DNA of 64,000 nucleotides from an uncultured Bacillota bacterium (GTDB lineage Bacteria; Bacillota; Clostridia; Christensenellales; UBA1242), in NCBI GenBank assembly GCA_948465545.1, contig CAOJXO010000001.1:188450-252449 (forward strand). Direction: 5' to 3'. The position numbers and the translations under genes were made by a program. The notes under the pieces were generated by a model that was not told the DNA's origin, ran no database searches, and was given only the letters and a program-made list of their open reading frames with translations. Positions within the stretch are counted from its first letter, which is position 1. Every line of letters starts with the position of its first letter. This document shows positions 46,644 to 55,783 of this stretch, one piece after another.

Positions 46644-48074
46644 ATGGCAGACTTTAAAATCATGCCCCATAACTTGGAAGCCGAACAAGCAGTTTTAGGC
46701 TGTATTTTGATTGACTCTCAAGCACAGATTGACATCCTTGCGTTAATTCATGAGGATGACTTTTATTCTGAGTCGCATCAAAATATTTATAAGTCTATGC
46801 TTAGGATTTATCAAAGAAGTGTGCCTGTGGACTTTGTTACCCTTGCCGACCAACTTGAAAAAGATAAACTACTGGAAAAGGTTGGTGGGATTGAGTACAT
46901 AACATTTTTAACTAATGCTGTTCCGTCTGCCGCTAACTTTAAATATTATTGTGATATTGTTAAAGGAGCGTCGGTAAGACGTAAACTTATCAGAAGCGGA
47001 CAAGACATTATTGAAAGGGCGTATGAGGAAGAGGATAAAGATAAAGCCCTTCAATATGGTGAAAAGGTTATTTTTGATATTGCTGAAAAGCAAGAACGTT
47101 CTGCCTTAGAGCACGTAGGTAAACCTGGCGGTGCGATACAGAATGTTATAAACACATTTGATAAAATTGCAAAAGACCCTTCAACCCTTAATGGTATTCC
47201 AACAGGCTATAAAGACTTTGATGCAATTACAAACGGACTTCAAAACAGCGACCTTATCTTGCTGGCGGCACGTCCATCTGTTGGTAAGACCTCATTTGCT
47301 ATGAATATGGTTGTTCAAGCAGCCACCGAACAAAATAAAAAGTGTGCGGTGTTCTCACTTGAAATGTCAAGAGAGCAACTTATGCAAAGGGCAATCTGCT
47401 CGCTTGCAAAAGTAAGTATGGCAAAAGCACTTAATGGAACTATGAGCCCTGAAGAGTGGCAACGTATCTGGACGGCAACAAAGAAGTTGGAGCAAAGCGG
47501 ACTTTATGTTGATGATTCCAGTATGACAACACCTGCCGACCTTTTATCAAAATGTCGCAGACTTAAAGCTAAAGAAAATATCGACCTTATAATGGTGGAC
47601 TATATTCAACTTATGTCAAGCGGAAGTGGACGAAATGAAAATCGTCAACTTGAGGTGAGTGATATTTCAAGAACCCTTAAAATTGCTGCGAAAGAGTTGA
47701 ATGTTCCTATTATTGTATTGTCACAACTCTCCCGTGCGGTTGAATCAAGGGCGGGCGACCACAGACCTATGCTTTCAGACCTCCGCGATTCTGGTGCGAT
47801 CGAGCAGGATGCCGATATGGTTATGTTCCTATATAACCCTGAAAAATACAACGATGTTCCTCAAGAGGATGAACCTGGTACTGTGGAACTTATCATTGCA
47901 AAACACAGACGCGGACGTACTGCAACAGTTAAACTTAGATGGATTGGCGAATATACAACATTTGTAAATTATGGTGACAAGACAGCTCTTCCTAAAAAAG
48001 AAACTCCAAAGCCACAAGAAGTGGTGGAAGAACAGCCTCTTGAAGAAGTTAATGTTGATGTGTTTGATGATTAG
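46644..48074 (+). CDS. dnaB: Replicative DNA helicase (DnaB family; DnaC in B. subtilis nomenclature)
   Basis: MPHNLEAEQAVLG, Walker A ARPSVGKTSFAMN, DYIQLM, LSQLSR, RDSGAIEQDAD. Confidence 0.95.
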   Translation: MADFKIMPHNLEAEQAVLGCILIDSQAQIDILALIHEDDFYSESHQNIYKSMLRIYQRSVPVDFVTLADQLEKDKLLEKVGGIEYITFLTNAVPSAANFKYYCDIVKGASVRRKLIRSGQDIIERAYEEEDKDKALQYGEKVIFDIAEKQERSALEHVGKPGGAIQNVINTFDKIAKDPSTLNGIPTGYKDFDAITNGLQNSDLILLAARPSVGKTSFAMNMVVQAATEQNKKCAVFSLEMSREQLMQRAICSLAKVSMAKALNGTMSPEEWQRIWTATKKLEQSGLYVDDSSMTTPADLLSKCRRLKAKENIDLIMVDYIQLMSSGSGRNENRQLEVSDISRTLKIAAKELNVPIIVLSQLSRAVESRAGDHRPMLSDLRDSGAIEQDADMVMFLYNPEKYNDVPQEDEPGTVELIIAKHRRGRTATVKLRWIGEYTTFVNYGDKTALPKKETPKPQEVVEEQPLEEVNVDVFDD

Positions 48075-48082
48075 GAGGGATA

Positions 48083-48979
48083 ATGGAAAAAGGTAAAAAG
48101 AAAAAGTGGATAATTGCTCTTGCGGTTATAGTATTGATTGCAGTGGTTGTTACCTGTGTTATTGTGTTCTTACCAAAGAATACTGACAATGTGGTAAGTC
48201 AAACCAACACTCAGATAAATACCCTGTACTTGAAAGATAAAGATGATAATGATAAATTTGAGTCTTTTGCACAAAAGGTTAATAAGTATGCAAACCAGTA
48301 TAATAACGAAGTGCAAAGTGCAAAACGCATCAATGATATGATTGCAGAAATGATGAATTTCTATGGATTCTATCTTCCATATGCTGAAGGCAATGGCACT
48401 TTCCAAAGCAACTATAATCTTATAATGGATGGCTTTAATAGTGCAAATTCTTATCAAGAAAAAATGACCCAAATCATGGATGAGGCTTATGAAAAGGTTG
48501 ATCAAGCCCCTACTTTCACTGAGGGTGCTTGGCTTGATTTTAAGAAAGAGTTTGCTGGATATGTGAAAGGTTACGCTGATGCAATGAAGGGGCTTAGCCA
48601 AGTGTTTAAAGATTGCGTGCCAGATGGCATTATGCATAACGAATTTATGTTCTTAATTCTCAACACTGCTAATGACTATTTTGATGTTATTATAAGCAAT
48701 GGAATTGAAAAGCAATATACAATCAATTTTGCCAATACTTTTATAAATAAATATGTTTCACTTGGCACTGGCCCAGCATTCTCTTACAAGTATAGTGAAG
48801 CATTGCAAGAAAGTGTTAAAACGATAAATAAGTTTGGTTCTGTTTATGGAGGTCAAACTATCCAAGATGTTATTAAAAGTATTAATGCAGGTGGAATTAC
48901 TTTTAAAGTAAATGAATCAGATAATGACGGGGTGCTTGAAGAAGTAAAAACATTTCTTAATGGAGGGCTGAAAGGATGA
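48083..48979 (+). CDS. Membrane-anchored helical protein, unknown function
   Basis: N-terminal KKKKW plus TM (IIALAVIVLIAVVVTCVIVFL). SD AGGAGGG. Lies 8 nt after dnaB. Confidence 0.6.
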   Translation: MEKGKKKKWIIALAVIVLIAVVVTCVIVFLPKNTDNVVSQTNTQINTLYLKDKDDNDKFESFAQKVNKYANQYNNEVQSAKRINDMIAEMMNFYGFYLPYAEGNGTFQSNYNLIMDGFNSANSYQEKMTQIMDEAYEKVDQAPTFTEGAWLDFKKEFAGYVKGYADAMKGLSQVFKDCVPDGIMHNEFMFLILNTANDYFDVIISNGIEKQYTINFANTFINKYVSLGTGPAFSYKYSEALQESVKTINKFGSVYGGQTIQDVIKSINAGGITFKVNESDNDGVLEEVKTFLNGGLKG

Positions 48980-50082
48980 AAAACAAGATTTTAAAAGTTG
49001 CTTTAGCTTTCGTATTTGCATTTTGTAGTTTCGCCATGTTCGCCTGTGGCGGTGATGAAAACTTACAACTTTCATATAAAGACCTTCCTAAGATTGTAAC
49101 CGAAATGCAATCAAATTCAGATTTATTTAAAACTGGCACTGTTGATGGTGTTTCTACTAATTTTATTATAAATGCATTTGCCGCTGATGATTCTGAAGAC
49201 TCTGAGGGTTTAGATAATGCTGATGAAAACAGATATTTTAATGAATGCTTGGTTATCCCTATAAACTATATTGTCAACTATCAAAATGATGTTGAATTAG
49301 TTGCAGAAATCAAAAATCTTAATGGCGAGCAGTCTGACGCTATCAATAAACTTGAAACAAGCATGGCTACCATGAAACTTGCATATCAAGATATGTGCGG
49401 AGAGAACGAACGACTTCTTATGTTTACAGAAGAAGATGTATATAGAGGTGCTTTGCAACTATTTAAATATAGTGCAACAAAGTTTATAACAAGCACTTAT
49501 GAGGTTGCAATTAATCTTGCTGATGTTCAAAACAAAGTGTTAAACAAATTTGACGGAATGGTAACCCGCAAATTAGATACTTCCGACGCAACAGCCCTTC
49601 GCGATTATACGGCCTTAAAAATCGGGCAAGATTATGCTAATTTACTTCTTGTAAGTATGAACTCTAAAACTTGGACTCCTGCTGAGGGAGTTGTATCTCC
49701 AAACGTTATTGTTAATGCTTACATTATGACACAAATAAAAGACAACCTTTCAGCTTTTGTGGCTTCTTACTATGGGGCGACAAGTTTGAAAGACCTTTCA
49801 GTTGAAGATGTCAAAGAAGGGGATACGACAACATATAACAATACTGGTGTAACAAAAATATTAAATAGTCAAAATATATTAGAGAACGAACGCGTTATCC
49901 TTAATAAGGCAATGAATAACTTCTCAATGTACGATTTCTTCCAAAAGCCATATGAGTGTAATGTTGAGGAATACGGAAAAGATGTTAAATATGCAAGCCA
50001 ATACTTTGCTGAAATTTTCATGTATTATACAAGCACATCTTTACAACACGTAAACTTTTTAAGAGAAATCATAATAAAATAG
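48976..50082 (+). CDS. Lipoprotein, unknown function
   Basis: Lipobox SFAMFAC/GGD. ATGA overlap with the preceding gene. Confidence 0.6.
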   Translation: MKNKILKVALAFVFAFCSFAMFACGGDENLQLSYKDLPKIVTEMQSNSDLFKTGTVDGVSTNFIINAFAADDSEDSEGLDNADENRYFNECLVIPINYIVNYQNDVELVAEIKNLNGEQSDAINKLETSMATMKLAYQDMCGENERLLMFTEEDVYRGALQLFKYSATKFITSTYEVAINLADVQNKVLNKFDGMVTRKLDTSDATALRDYTALKIGQDYANLLLVSMNSKTWTPAEGVVSPNVIVNAYIMTQIKDNLSAFVASYYGATSLKDLSVEDVKEGDTTTYNNTGVTKILNSQNILENERVILNKAMNNFSMYDFFQKPYECNVEEYGKDVKYASQYFAEIFMYYTSTSLQHVNFLREIIIK

Positions 50083-50091
50083 GAGAATAAA

Positions 50092-51717
50092 ATGGATTAT
50101 CAAAAACTGGCAAACTTATTATATCCAAATGTTAAAACTTCGCCAGAAGAGATTCTTGCAAAATATCCACCTCGCAACCTTAAACAAGGCGAGGTGGTTT
50201 CTAGATTTGCACCAAGCCCAACAGGGTTTATGCATATCGGAAACTTTTTCCAAATGTTTATCAGTTACTCATTATGCAAGGTGTCAAACGGAGTGTTCTT
50301 TTTAAGAATGGAAGATACCGACGCTAAGCGTGAGGTAGAGGGTGCAAGGGCTTTTATTTATGATATATTGAATCGCTTTGGTATAAAGGTGGATGAATAT
50401 CCTACCCTTGATGGCAAAGATGTTGGAAATTATGGCCCTTACGTTCAAAGCCAAAGAAAGGAACTTTATCAAATATTTGCAAAAGACTTGGTTGCAAGGG
50501 GAAAGGCTTTTCCATGCTTCTGTAAAAAGACAGAGGGAAAAGAGGAAATTCTTGAAGATCGCAAAACAAAGTTTCTTGAAAACGATGAAACAGAATATGA
50601 CCCATGCCGTGATTTAAGTTATGAAGAGGTAAAAGAACATCTTGACAGGGGCGATAAGTTTGCTATAAGACTTAGGACTAAAAATACTGGTAAAGAGCGA
50701 ATTGTGTTTCACGACCTTATCAAGGGCGATATAGAAGCCAAAGCAAACGCTAAAGATGTTATTCTTATCAAAAATGACGGAATCCCACCTTATCCATTCG
50801 CACATGCAGTTGATGATACTCTTATGGGGACAAATGTTGTTGTGCGTGGTGAAGAATATTTAGGTTCAACCCCTGTGCATCTTGAAATATTTGAGGCTCT
50901 TGGCTTTAAACCTATTGCTTATTGCCATAATCCAGCAGTATGTAAGATAGGTGAAAATGGGAATAGAAGAAAAATTTCAAAGCGTTATGACCCAGAAGCT
51001 AAAATGCTTTATTACTTTGAAGAAGGTTATCCAAAAGAAGCGGTGCTTGAATATTTGCTTAACATTATCAACTCTGGCTTTGAAGGTTGGCGTGCAAAAA
51101 ATCCAGATGCAAAGTGGGAAGATTTTAAGTTTGGTATAAATGATATTACAGCGGTTGCACCTATCTTTGACCTTTTGAAACTTAACGATATAAGCAAAAA
51201 TATCATTGCAAAGATGAGTGCTGAAGAGGTTTATGAAAACTGGCTTGCTTGGGCAAAAGAGTTTAAACCCGCTTTAGCGGACTATCTTGAAGCAAATAAA
51301 GAATATGCAATCAAGGTTTGCGGAATCGATAGAGGCGGATTAAAACCACGTAAAGATATTTATAAGTGGAGCATGATCCAAGAGTATTTCTCATATATGC
51401 TTAACCGCCCAACAGAAAAAGAAGAAATAGATAATATTGCAAACTATAAAGAGTTTTTAACAGAGTATGCAAAAGGGTTTACTCTGCCAGCCGAAAAAGA
51501 TGAATGGTTTGCAGGGGTTAAATCAACAGCCGAAAAACTTGGCTATGCAACAGATAACAAACTTTATAAAGCAAATCCAGAGGCGTATAAAGGTAACACT
51601 GCAAAAGCATGTGAATATATTCGCCTTGCACTTACTGGCAAAAAGAACTCGCCAGATATATACGAACTTATGAAAATTCTTGGCGAAAAAGAAACCTTAG
51701 CAAGATTGAAAGGATAA
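50092..51717 (+). CDS. gltX: Glutamate--tRNA ligase (GluRS family, long form)
   Basis: RFAPSPTGFMHIGN (HIGH region) and KISKR (KMSKS region). Confidence 0.8.
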   Translation: MDYQKLANLLYPNVKTSPEEILAKYPPRNLKQGEVVSRFAPSPTGFMHIGNFFQMFISYSLCKVSNGVFFLRMEDTDAKREVEGARAFIYDILNRFGIKVDEYPTLDGKDVGNYGPYVQSQRKELYQIFAKDLVARGKAFPCFCKKTEGKEEILEDRKTKFLENDETEYDPCRDLSYEEVKEHLDRGDKFAIRLRTKNTGKERIVFHDLIKGDIEAKANAKDVILIKNDGIPPYPFAHAVDDTLMGTNVVVRGEEYLGSTPVHLEIFEALGFKPIAYCHNPAVCKIGENGNRRKISKRYDPEAKMLYYFEEGYPKEAVLEYLLNIINSGFEGWRAKNPDAKWEDFKFGINDITAVAPIFDLLKLNDISKNIIAKMSAEEVYENWLAWAKEFKPALADYLEANKEYAIKVCGIDRGGLKPRKDIYKWSMIQEYFSYMLNRPTEKEEIDNIANYKEFLTEYAKGFTLPAEKDEWFAGVKSTAEKLGYATDNKLYKANPEAYKGNTAKACEYIRLALTGKKNSPDIYELMKILGEKETLARLKG

Positions 51718-51721
51718 ATTT

Positions 51722-53017
51722 ATGACAAAGGAATTAGAATTTTTATTAAAGATAATTTCGGAAGCAAAACAGATTTTAAAGAATAGTAAAAATGCAAAGC
51801 AGAAGTTGGGCAGTTCTGACAATGACTTGATAACTGATAATGATATTAAAATTGAAAAATTTTTAATATCAAAAATTAAAGAGAAATATCCTAAATTTGA
51901 TATTGTCAGCGAGGAGTTTAACTATAATAACAAAGTAACAAAAAATGCTTTTGTTATTGATCCTATTGATGGGACTATCAATTATGCAAATGGGCTGCCT
52001 CTTTACGCAATTCAAGTTGCTTGTATAAAAAACGGGAAGACAATAGCAAGCGTTCTTGATATGTCAGAAATAGGACTTTGCTTTTATGCCGATTGTAACG
52101 GTGCGTTTTTGAATGGAAAACAGATTTATGTAAACGAAGTTCCAATTAAAAATGCTTTGTATGATATTGAAGGAAGTTCTGTTCTGCCACAAATAAACAA
52201 CATGATGAAACATAGTAAGGGATTTAGAAAGTTTGGTGGTGTATGTAATGCGATGGCTTTTGTGGCTGCTGGCTGGATTCATGGGGGAGTGTTCTGTAGT
52301 GACAAAATATGGGACTATCTTCCTGGGATGTATATAGCACAAATGGCTGGAGCGGTTGTTGCTGATGAACCTGGATTTCATGCAGTTGCTATGAATAAAG
52401 AATTTCTTGAAATTTTAAGAGCGGAAACGGCTAAGAAGAAAAATAAGTCAAACATAATTGTTCTCCACAGCTTAAATGGCGATACCCTTAAAATGTGGGG
52501 GGGGGATTTGCAAAATTACTTTATAACAAAGGATATAAATGTATTATTGCCTGAATTTCCAATTAGAGAAAATAGTAGTTACGAAAAATTTGACAAAATA
52601 CTCTCAGCATTTTTGGAACATGGATCGCTTAATGAAAACACTATTGTTGTTGCACATAGTATAGGAAATCCTTACTTTATTCGTTTTTGTAAAAAACATA
52701 AATATATGCCAAAGGCATATGTTGCAGTTGCTCCTGGCGCAATTTATAATTATCCGTCGACTAGAAATGACTATATTGTGAAAGTGAAAGAACAAGCGTA
52801 TTTAAAACCCGAAGAATTAGCTTATGCAAAGAAAATAAAAAATTTGGTATGCATATACTCTGACGAAGATGATAAAAATACAGAAAAATTTACAAGGTTT
52901 ATAAAAGATACTGGTGCAAATGGAATGTATCTAAAAGGATACAATCATTTTGATGGTTACCATCGAATATATAAAGTACCAGAACTTATTGATATCTTAA
53001 ATGAACTATTAAAATAA
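51722..53017 (+). CDS. Fusion protein: inositol-monophosphatase-family domain plus YdeN/RBBP9-like alpha/beta serine hydrolase domain
   Basis: N-terminal half has DPIDGTINYANGLP and WDYLPGMYIAQMAGA. C-terminal half has IIVLHSLNGD, the nucleophile elbow VAHSIGN, SDEDD, and GYNHFDGYH. Confidence 0.7.
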   Translation: MTKELEFLLKIISEAKQILKNSKNAKQKLGSSDNDLITDNDIKIEKFLISKIKEKYPKFDIVSEEFNYNNKVTKNAFVIDPIDGTINYANGLPLYAIQVACIKNGKTIASVLDMSEIGLCFYADCNGAFLNGKQIYVNEVPIKNALYDIEGSSVLPQINNMMKHSKGFRKFGGVCNAMAFVAAGWIHGGVFCSDKIWDYLPGMYIAQMAGAVVADEPGFHAVAMNKEFLEILRAETAKKKNKSNIIVLHSLNGDTLKMWGGDLQNYFITKDINVLLPEFPIRENSSYEKFDKILSAFLEHGSLNENTIVVAHSIGNPYFIRFCKKHKYMPKAYVAVAPGAIYNYPSTRNDYIVKVKEQAYLKPEELAYAKKIKNLVCIYSDEDDKNTEKFTRFIKDTGANGMYLKGYNHFDGYHRIYKVPELIDILNELLK

Positions 53018-53042
53018 AAGCACGCAAGATTGCGTGTTTTTT
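53015..53042. terminator. Bidirectional terminator
   Basis: CACGCA-agat-TGCGTG hairpin with flanking A- and T-runs. Confidence 0.7.
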
Positions 53043-53349
53043 ATTTAAAAACATATTTATATTCATCCAAATCCACTTTGTAGTTTTTGTCTACGTGTAC
53101 GCCTTCGGCTTCAAGTTTTTCTTTTTGAACGTTAATGCCACCAAATGCAAAACTCGTGCAAAGTGAACCTTCACGGTTAACAACCCTGTGGCATGGGGTG
53201 ATTTGATTGCTAGGATTTGCATGCAACGCCCAGCCTACCTGTCTTGCCATATGTGAATTACCTATTGCACGGGCAATATCGCCATAGGTTGAAACATAGC
53301 CTTCGGGGATTTGTTGCACCAGTGCATATACTTTTTCAAAAAAGTTCAT
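53041..53349 (-). CDS. MGMT-family protein (methylated-DNA--protein-cysteine methyltransferase DNA-binding domain only)
   Basis: IPEGYVSTYGDIA...PCHRVV active-site motif. ATG 53349 follows AAGGAG. Confidence 0.8.
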   Translation of the reverse strand: MNFFEKVYALVQQIPEGYVSTYGDIARAIGNSHMARQVGWALHANPSNQITPCHRVVNREGSLCTSFAFGGINVQKEKLEAEGVHVDKNYKVDLDEYKYVFK

Positions 53350-53438
53350 ATGTAAGACTCCTTCAAATAAATTATAACATAATTTAGTATAAAAGCGTAA
53401 GTAATTATATGGGAAAATCGTCACAAGATAAGCTTAAT

Positions 53439-53615
53439 ATGTGTCCTGAAGAGCTTACTCTTCTCGCTTCAAGTTTTGCTATAAGTCTATCTAAAAACTT
53501 CTCATTCAGCGACATGGAAACCCTGAAAGTGTTTTTCTCAACACTTGCCTCAAACATATCCCTTATTCAACATCAAACAAAAAAGTGTAATGACGATAAA
53601 AAAAACACCCACTAG
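53439..53615 (+). CDS. Possible small helical protein (58 aa), unknown function
   Basis: CPEELTLLASSFAISLSKNFSFSDMETLKVFFSTLASNISLI resembles small Leu/Ala-rich Clostridial proteins. No SD. The stop codon lies in the terminator loop. Confidence 0.35.
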   Translation: MCPEELTLLASSFAISLSKNFSFSDMETLKVFFSTLASNISLIQHQTKKCNDDKKNTH

Positions 53616-53626
53616 GGTGTTTTTTA
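53598..53626. terminator. Bidirectional terminator
   Basis: ACACCC-acta-GGGTGT hairpin with A6/T5 flanks. Confidence 0.75.
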
Positions 53627-54070
53627 TAAATCCTTTCCGATTTCGTTTTCATTTATGTTTGGATTGATATATCTGGACTTTTTATTCTTATTTTTGTAAA
53701 TAATTGCTTTTTGAGGGCATCGATGATAACAGCCAAGGCAGGCTACACATTTATCTCCAAATACAATTTTGCCGTCAACCAGAGATATATTGCCAACAGG
53801 GCAGAGGTGGATGCATTTTTGACACTTAATACATTTCTCATTTGCTTTAAAATCATTTCCTATTAGATGCCAGTTGCTTTTGTTTCTAAGATACTTCTCT
53901 TCTTTGGTCTTTTTCTTTTTAGGCAGGATATATCTTTCCGTTTGAATCATATTTATTATTTTGTCAATACGTTTGTTTGAAGATTTTAATGTGCTGTTTA
54001 AATAGAATTTTGGAACAGAGAATGTTAATGTGAAATTCTCTGGCATTTTGATTGTGTATACGCTTTTAAT
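53624..54070 (-). pseudogene. EFR1-type 4Fe-4S ferredoxin lacking its N-terminal flavodoxin-like domain (5'-truncated)
   Basis: Two CxxCxxCxxxCP motifs (CIKCQKCIHLCP, CVACLGCYHRCP) and the mid-protein IKMPENF motif. Homology stops near 54070. There is no ATG with an SD, and the upstream frame reads into a GC-rich island. Confidence 0.55.
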
Positions 54071-54086
54071 GTTAAGCCCTAGTTTA

Positions 54087-54142
54087 GTGGCCGGGCACGC
54101 ATTCTTCGAAGGCCGCCCCGACCGCAAAGCGGGTGAGAGCCC
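54087..54142. other. 56-bp GC-rich island (40 of 56 G+C) of unknown nature
   Basis: GTGGCCGGGCACGCATTCTTCGAAGGCCGCCCCGACCGCAAAGCGGGTGAGAGCCC counted by hand. Contains a CCGC-aaa-GCGG hairpin. Lies downstream of tRNA-Gly on the minus strand. Confidence 0.6.
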
Positions 54143-54166
54143 AGATTTTGACTCACTATATTTTTA

Positions 54167-54241
54167 TGGAGCGAAAGACGGGGCTCGAACCCGCAACCCC
54201 CAGCTTGGGAAGCTGATGCCATACCATTAGGCCACTTTCGC
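54167..54241 (-). tRNA. tRNA-Gly (anticodon CCC), CCA encoded
   Basis: Reverse complement folds as a cloverleaf. Acceptor GCGAAAG/CTTTCGC, anticodon loop TTCCCAA, T-loop TTCGAGC. Confidence 0.9.
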
Positions 54242-54253
54242 ATGCTTATAAAT

Positions 54254-54282
54254 AGTGTAAATAATTATTAACAAAATGTCAA
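54254..54282 (-). promoter_or_regulatory. SigA-type promoter of tRNA-Gly
   Basis: Minus strand TTGACA-17 nt-TACACT, ending 12 nt before the tRNA 5' end. Confidence 0.6.
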
Positions 54283-54318
54283 ATTAATTCTATATTTAAA
54301 GCAAATATAATTTATTAA

Positions 54319-54358
54319 AAAATGCGTAAAAATCGGCATTTTTTACGCATTTTATTTG
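54319..54358. terminator. Terminator after trpS
   Basis: 12-bp stem AATGCGTAAAAA/TTTTTACGCATT with a 7-nt loop and flanking T-runs. Confidence 0.7.
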
Positions 54359-54367
54359 ATTTTTTAA

Positions 54368-55420
54368 TTATTTTTTAAATTTTTCATAATTTATTCCGAT
54401 TGCCTCGTGTAGTTCTGTTATTTTTTTATCTGCCATTTTCCTTAATTTTTTAGCATTATTAAATAACATTTCATATACGGCGTCAATGTTTTCTTCAAGT
54501 TCGGCACGCTTCTTGCGGATAGGGGTTAATATTTCCTGTATAATATTATTTAAGAATAATTTTACTTTTACATCTCCTAAGCCGCCTCTTTTATAGTGTG
54601 CTTTTAATTCGTCTAAGTTTTTATATTCTGGTAAATATTTGGCAAAATGCTCTTCTTTACAGAAGGCATCGAGGTATGCGAACACAACATTACCTTCAAT
54701 TTTTCCTGGGTCGCTTACTTTAATATGGTCAGGATCAGTATATGCATTCATAATTTTTTGCTTTACTGTGGACTCATCATCACACAAATAAATGCCGTTA
54801 CCTGCTGATTTACTCATTTTTAATTTTCCGTCTGTTCCAGGGAGGCGGGCACATACGCTTTGGTTTCTAATCACTGCTTTAGGCAATTTAAAAATAGGAG
54901 AATATGTGGTATTAAAGGCTTGTGCAATTTCTCTAGTTTGTTCAACAAGTGGGTTTTGATCGTCCCCAACAGGGATAATTGTAGCGTCAAATGTTAAAAT
55001 ATCTGCCGCTTGGCTTACAGGATAGGTCAAAAAGCCCGCAGGAATAGAGTTTTCAAAGCCTCTTTGTTTAATTTCCTCTTTGATGGTTGGGTTGCGTTTT
55101 AAGCGGGATACAGTAACAAGATTTAGAAAATAACCTGTCATTTCAAAAAGTTGTGGCACTTGAGATTGAATAAATATGGTGGCTTTGTTTGGATCAAGCC
55201 CTGCAGAAATGAAATCTATTGCCACTTGTACGACGTTATTTTTAACTTTATCCACATTTTTAGCATTATCTGTAAGTGCTTGAGTGTCAGCAATCATAAC
55301 TAAAAATTCATTATATTCGCCGTTATTTTGCAAATCAACGAGTTGTTTAATCATTCCGCAGTAATGCCCTAAATGTAAATTCCCAGTAGGTCTTACGCCT
55401 GAAAGTATATTTTCTGCCAT
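54368..55420 (-). CDS. trpS: Tryptophan--tRNA ligase
   Basis: GVRPTGNLHLGHY (HIGH) and KMSKS. 350 aa. Confidence 0.9.
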   Translation of the reverse strand: MAENILSGVRPTGNLHLGHYCGMIKQLVDLQNNGEYNEFLVMIADTQALTDNAKNVDKVKNNVVQVAIDFISAGLDPNKATIFIQSQVPQLFEMTGYFLNLVTVSRLKRNPTIKEEIKQRGFENSIPAGFLTYPVSQAADILTFDATIIPVGDDQNPLVEQTREIAQAFNTTYSPIFKLPKAVIRNQSVCARLPGTDGKLKMSKSAGNGIYLCDDESTVKQKIMNAYTDPDHIKVSDPGKIEGNVVFAYLDAFCKEEHFAKYLPEYKNLDELKAHYKRGGLGDVKVKLFLNNIIQEILTPIRKKRAELEENIDAVYEMLFNNAKKLRKMADKKITELHEAIGINYEKFKK

Positions 55421-55783
55421 GTTTTTTATCCTTTTTATTTAATTTTGAGTTAATTATACATCATTTACTTGTAAATAGTCAAATTTATATTCCATATAGT
55501 ATAAAATATTTATAAAAATAGCCGAATTAATAAATAAAAAATAATAATTTTCAAAAGATATATGAAAAGGCTGAAAAAATAGCTATTTTTAATTTATTTT
55601 TTAGCAATATTTATATTTAATAAAAATGCAAATTAAAATAAATTATTATACTTTTTTGGATAAAAAAATAATATTTAATTTAAACTAATTTTGAGTAATT
55701 TTGTTTGCTTTTGTCGAGGAATTTATTGTATACTTTTAAAGTAAAAGATTTACTTGTTATATAGTGGGTCGAAAGGAGTTCTT

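Noticed and set aside
53624-54367. Integrated mobile element at tRNA-Gly
   Set aside because: No integrase, recombinase or phage gene, and no duplicated tRNA 3' segment is visible on either side. Only the gene truncation and the GC-rich island are reported.
55421-55783. Expected T-box leader upstream of trpS; also looked upstream of gltX (50083-50091).
   Set aside because: No GGTGG-ACCGCG-type T-box sequence, antiterminator or leader terminator on the minus strand. The gltX spacer is only 9 nt.
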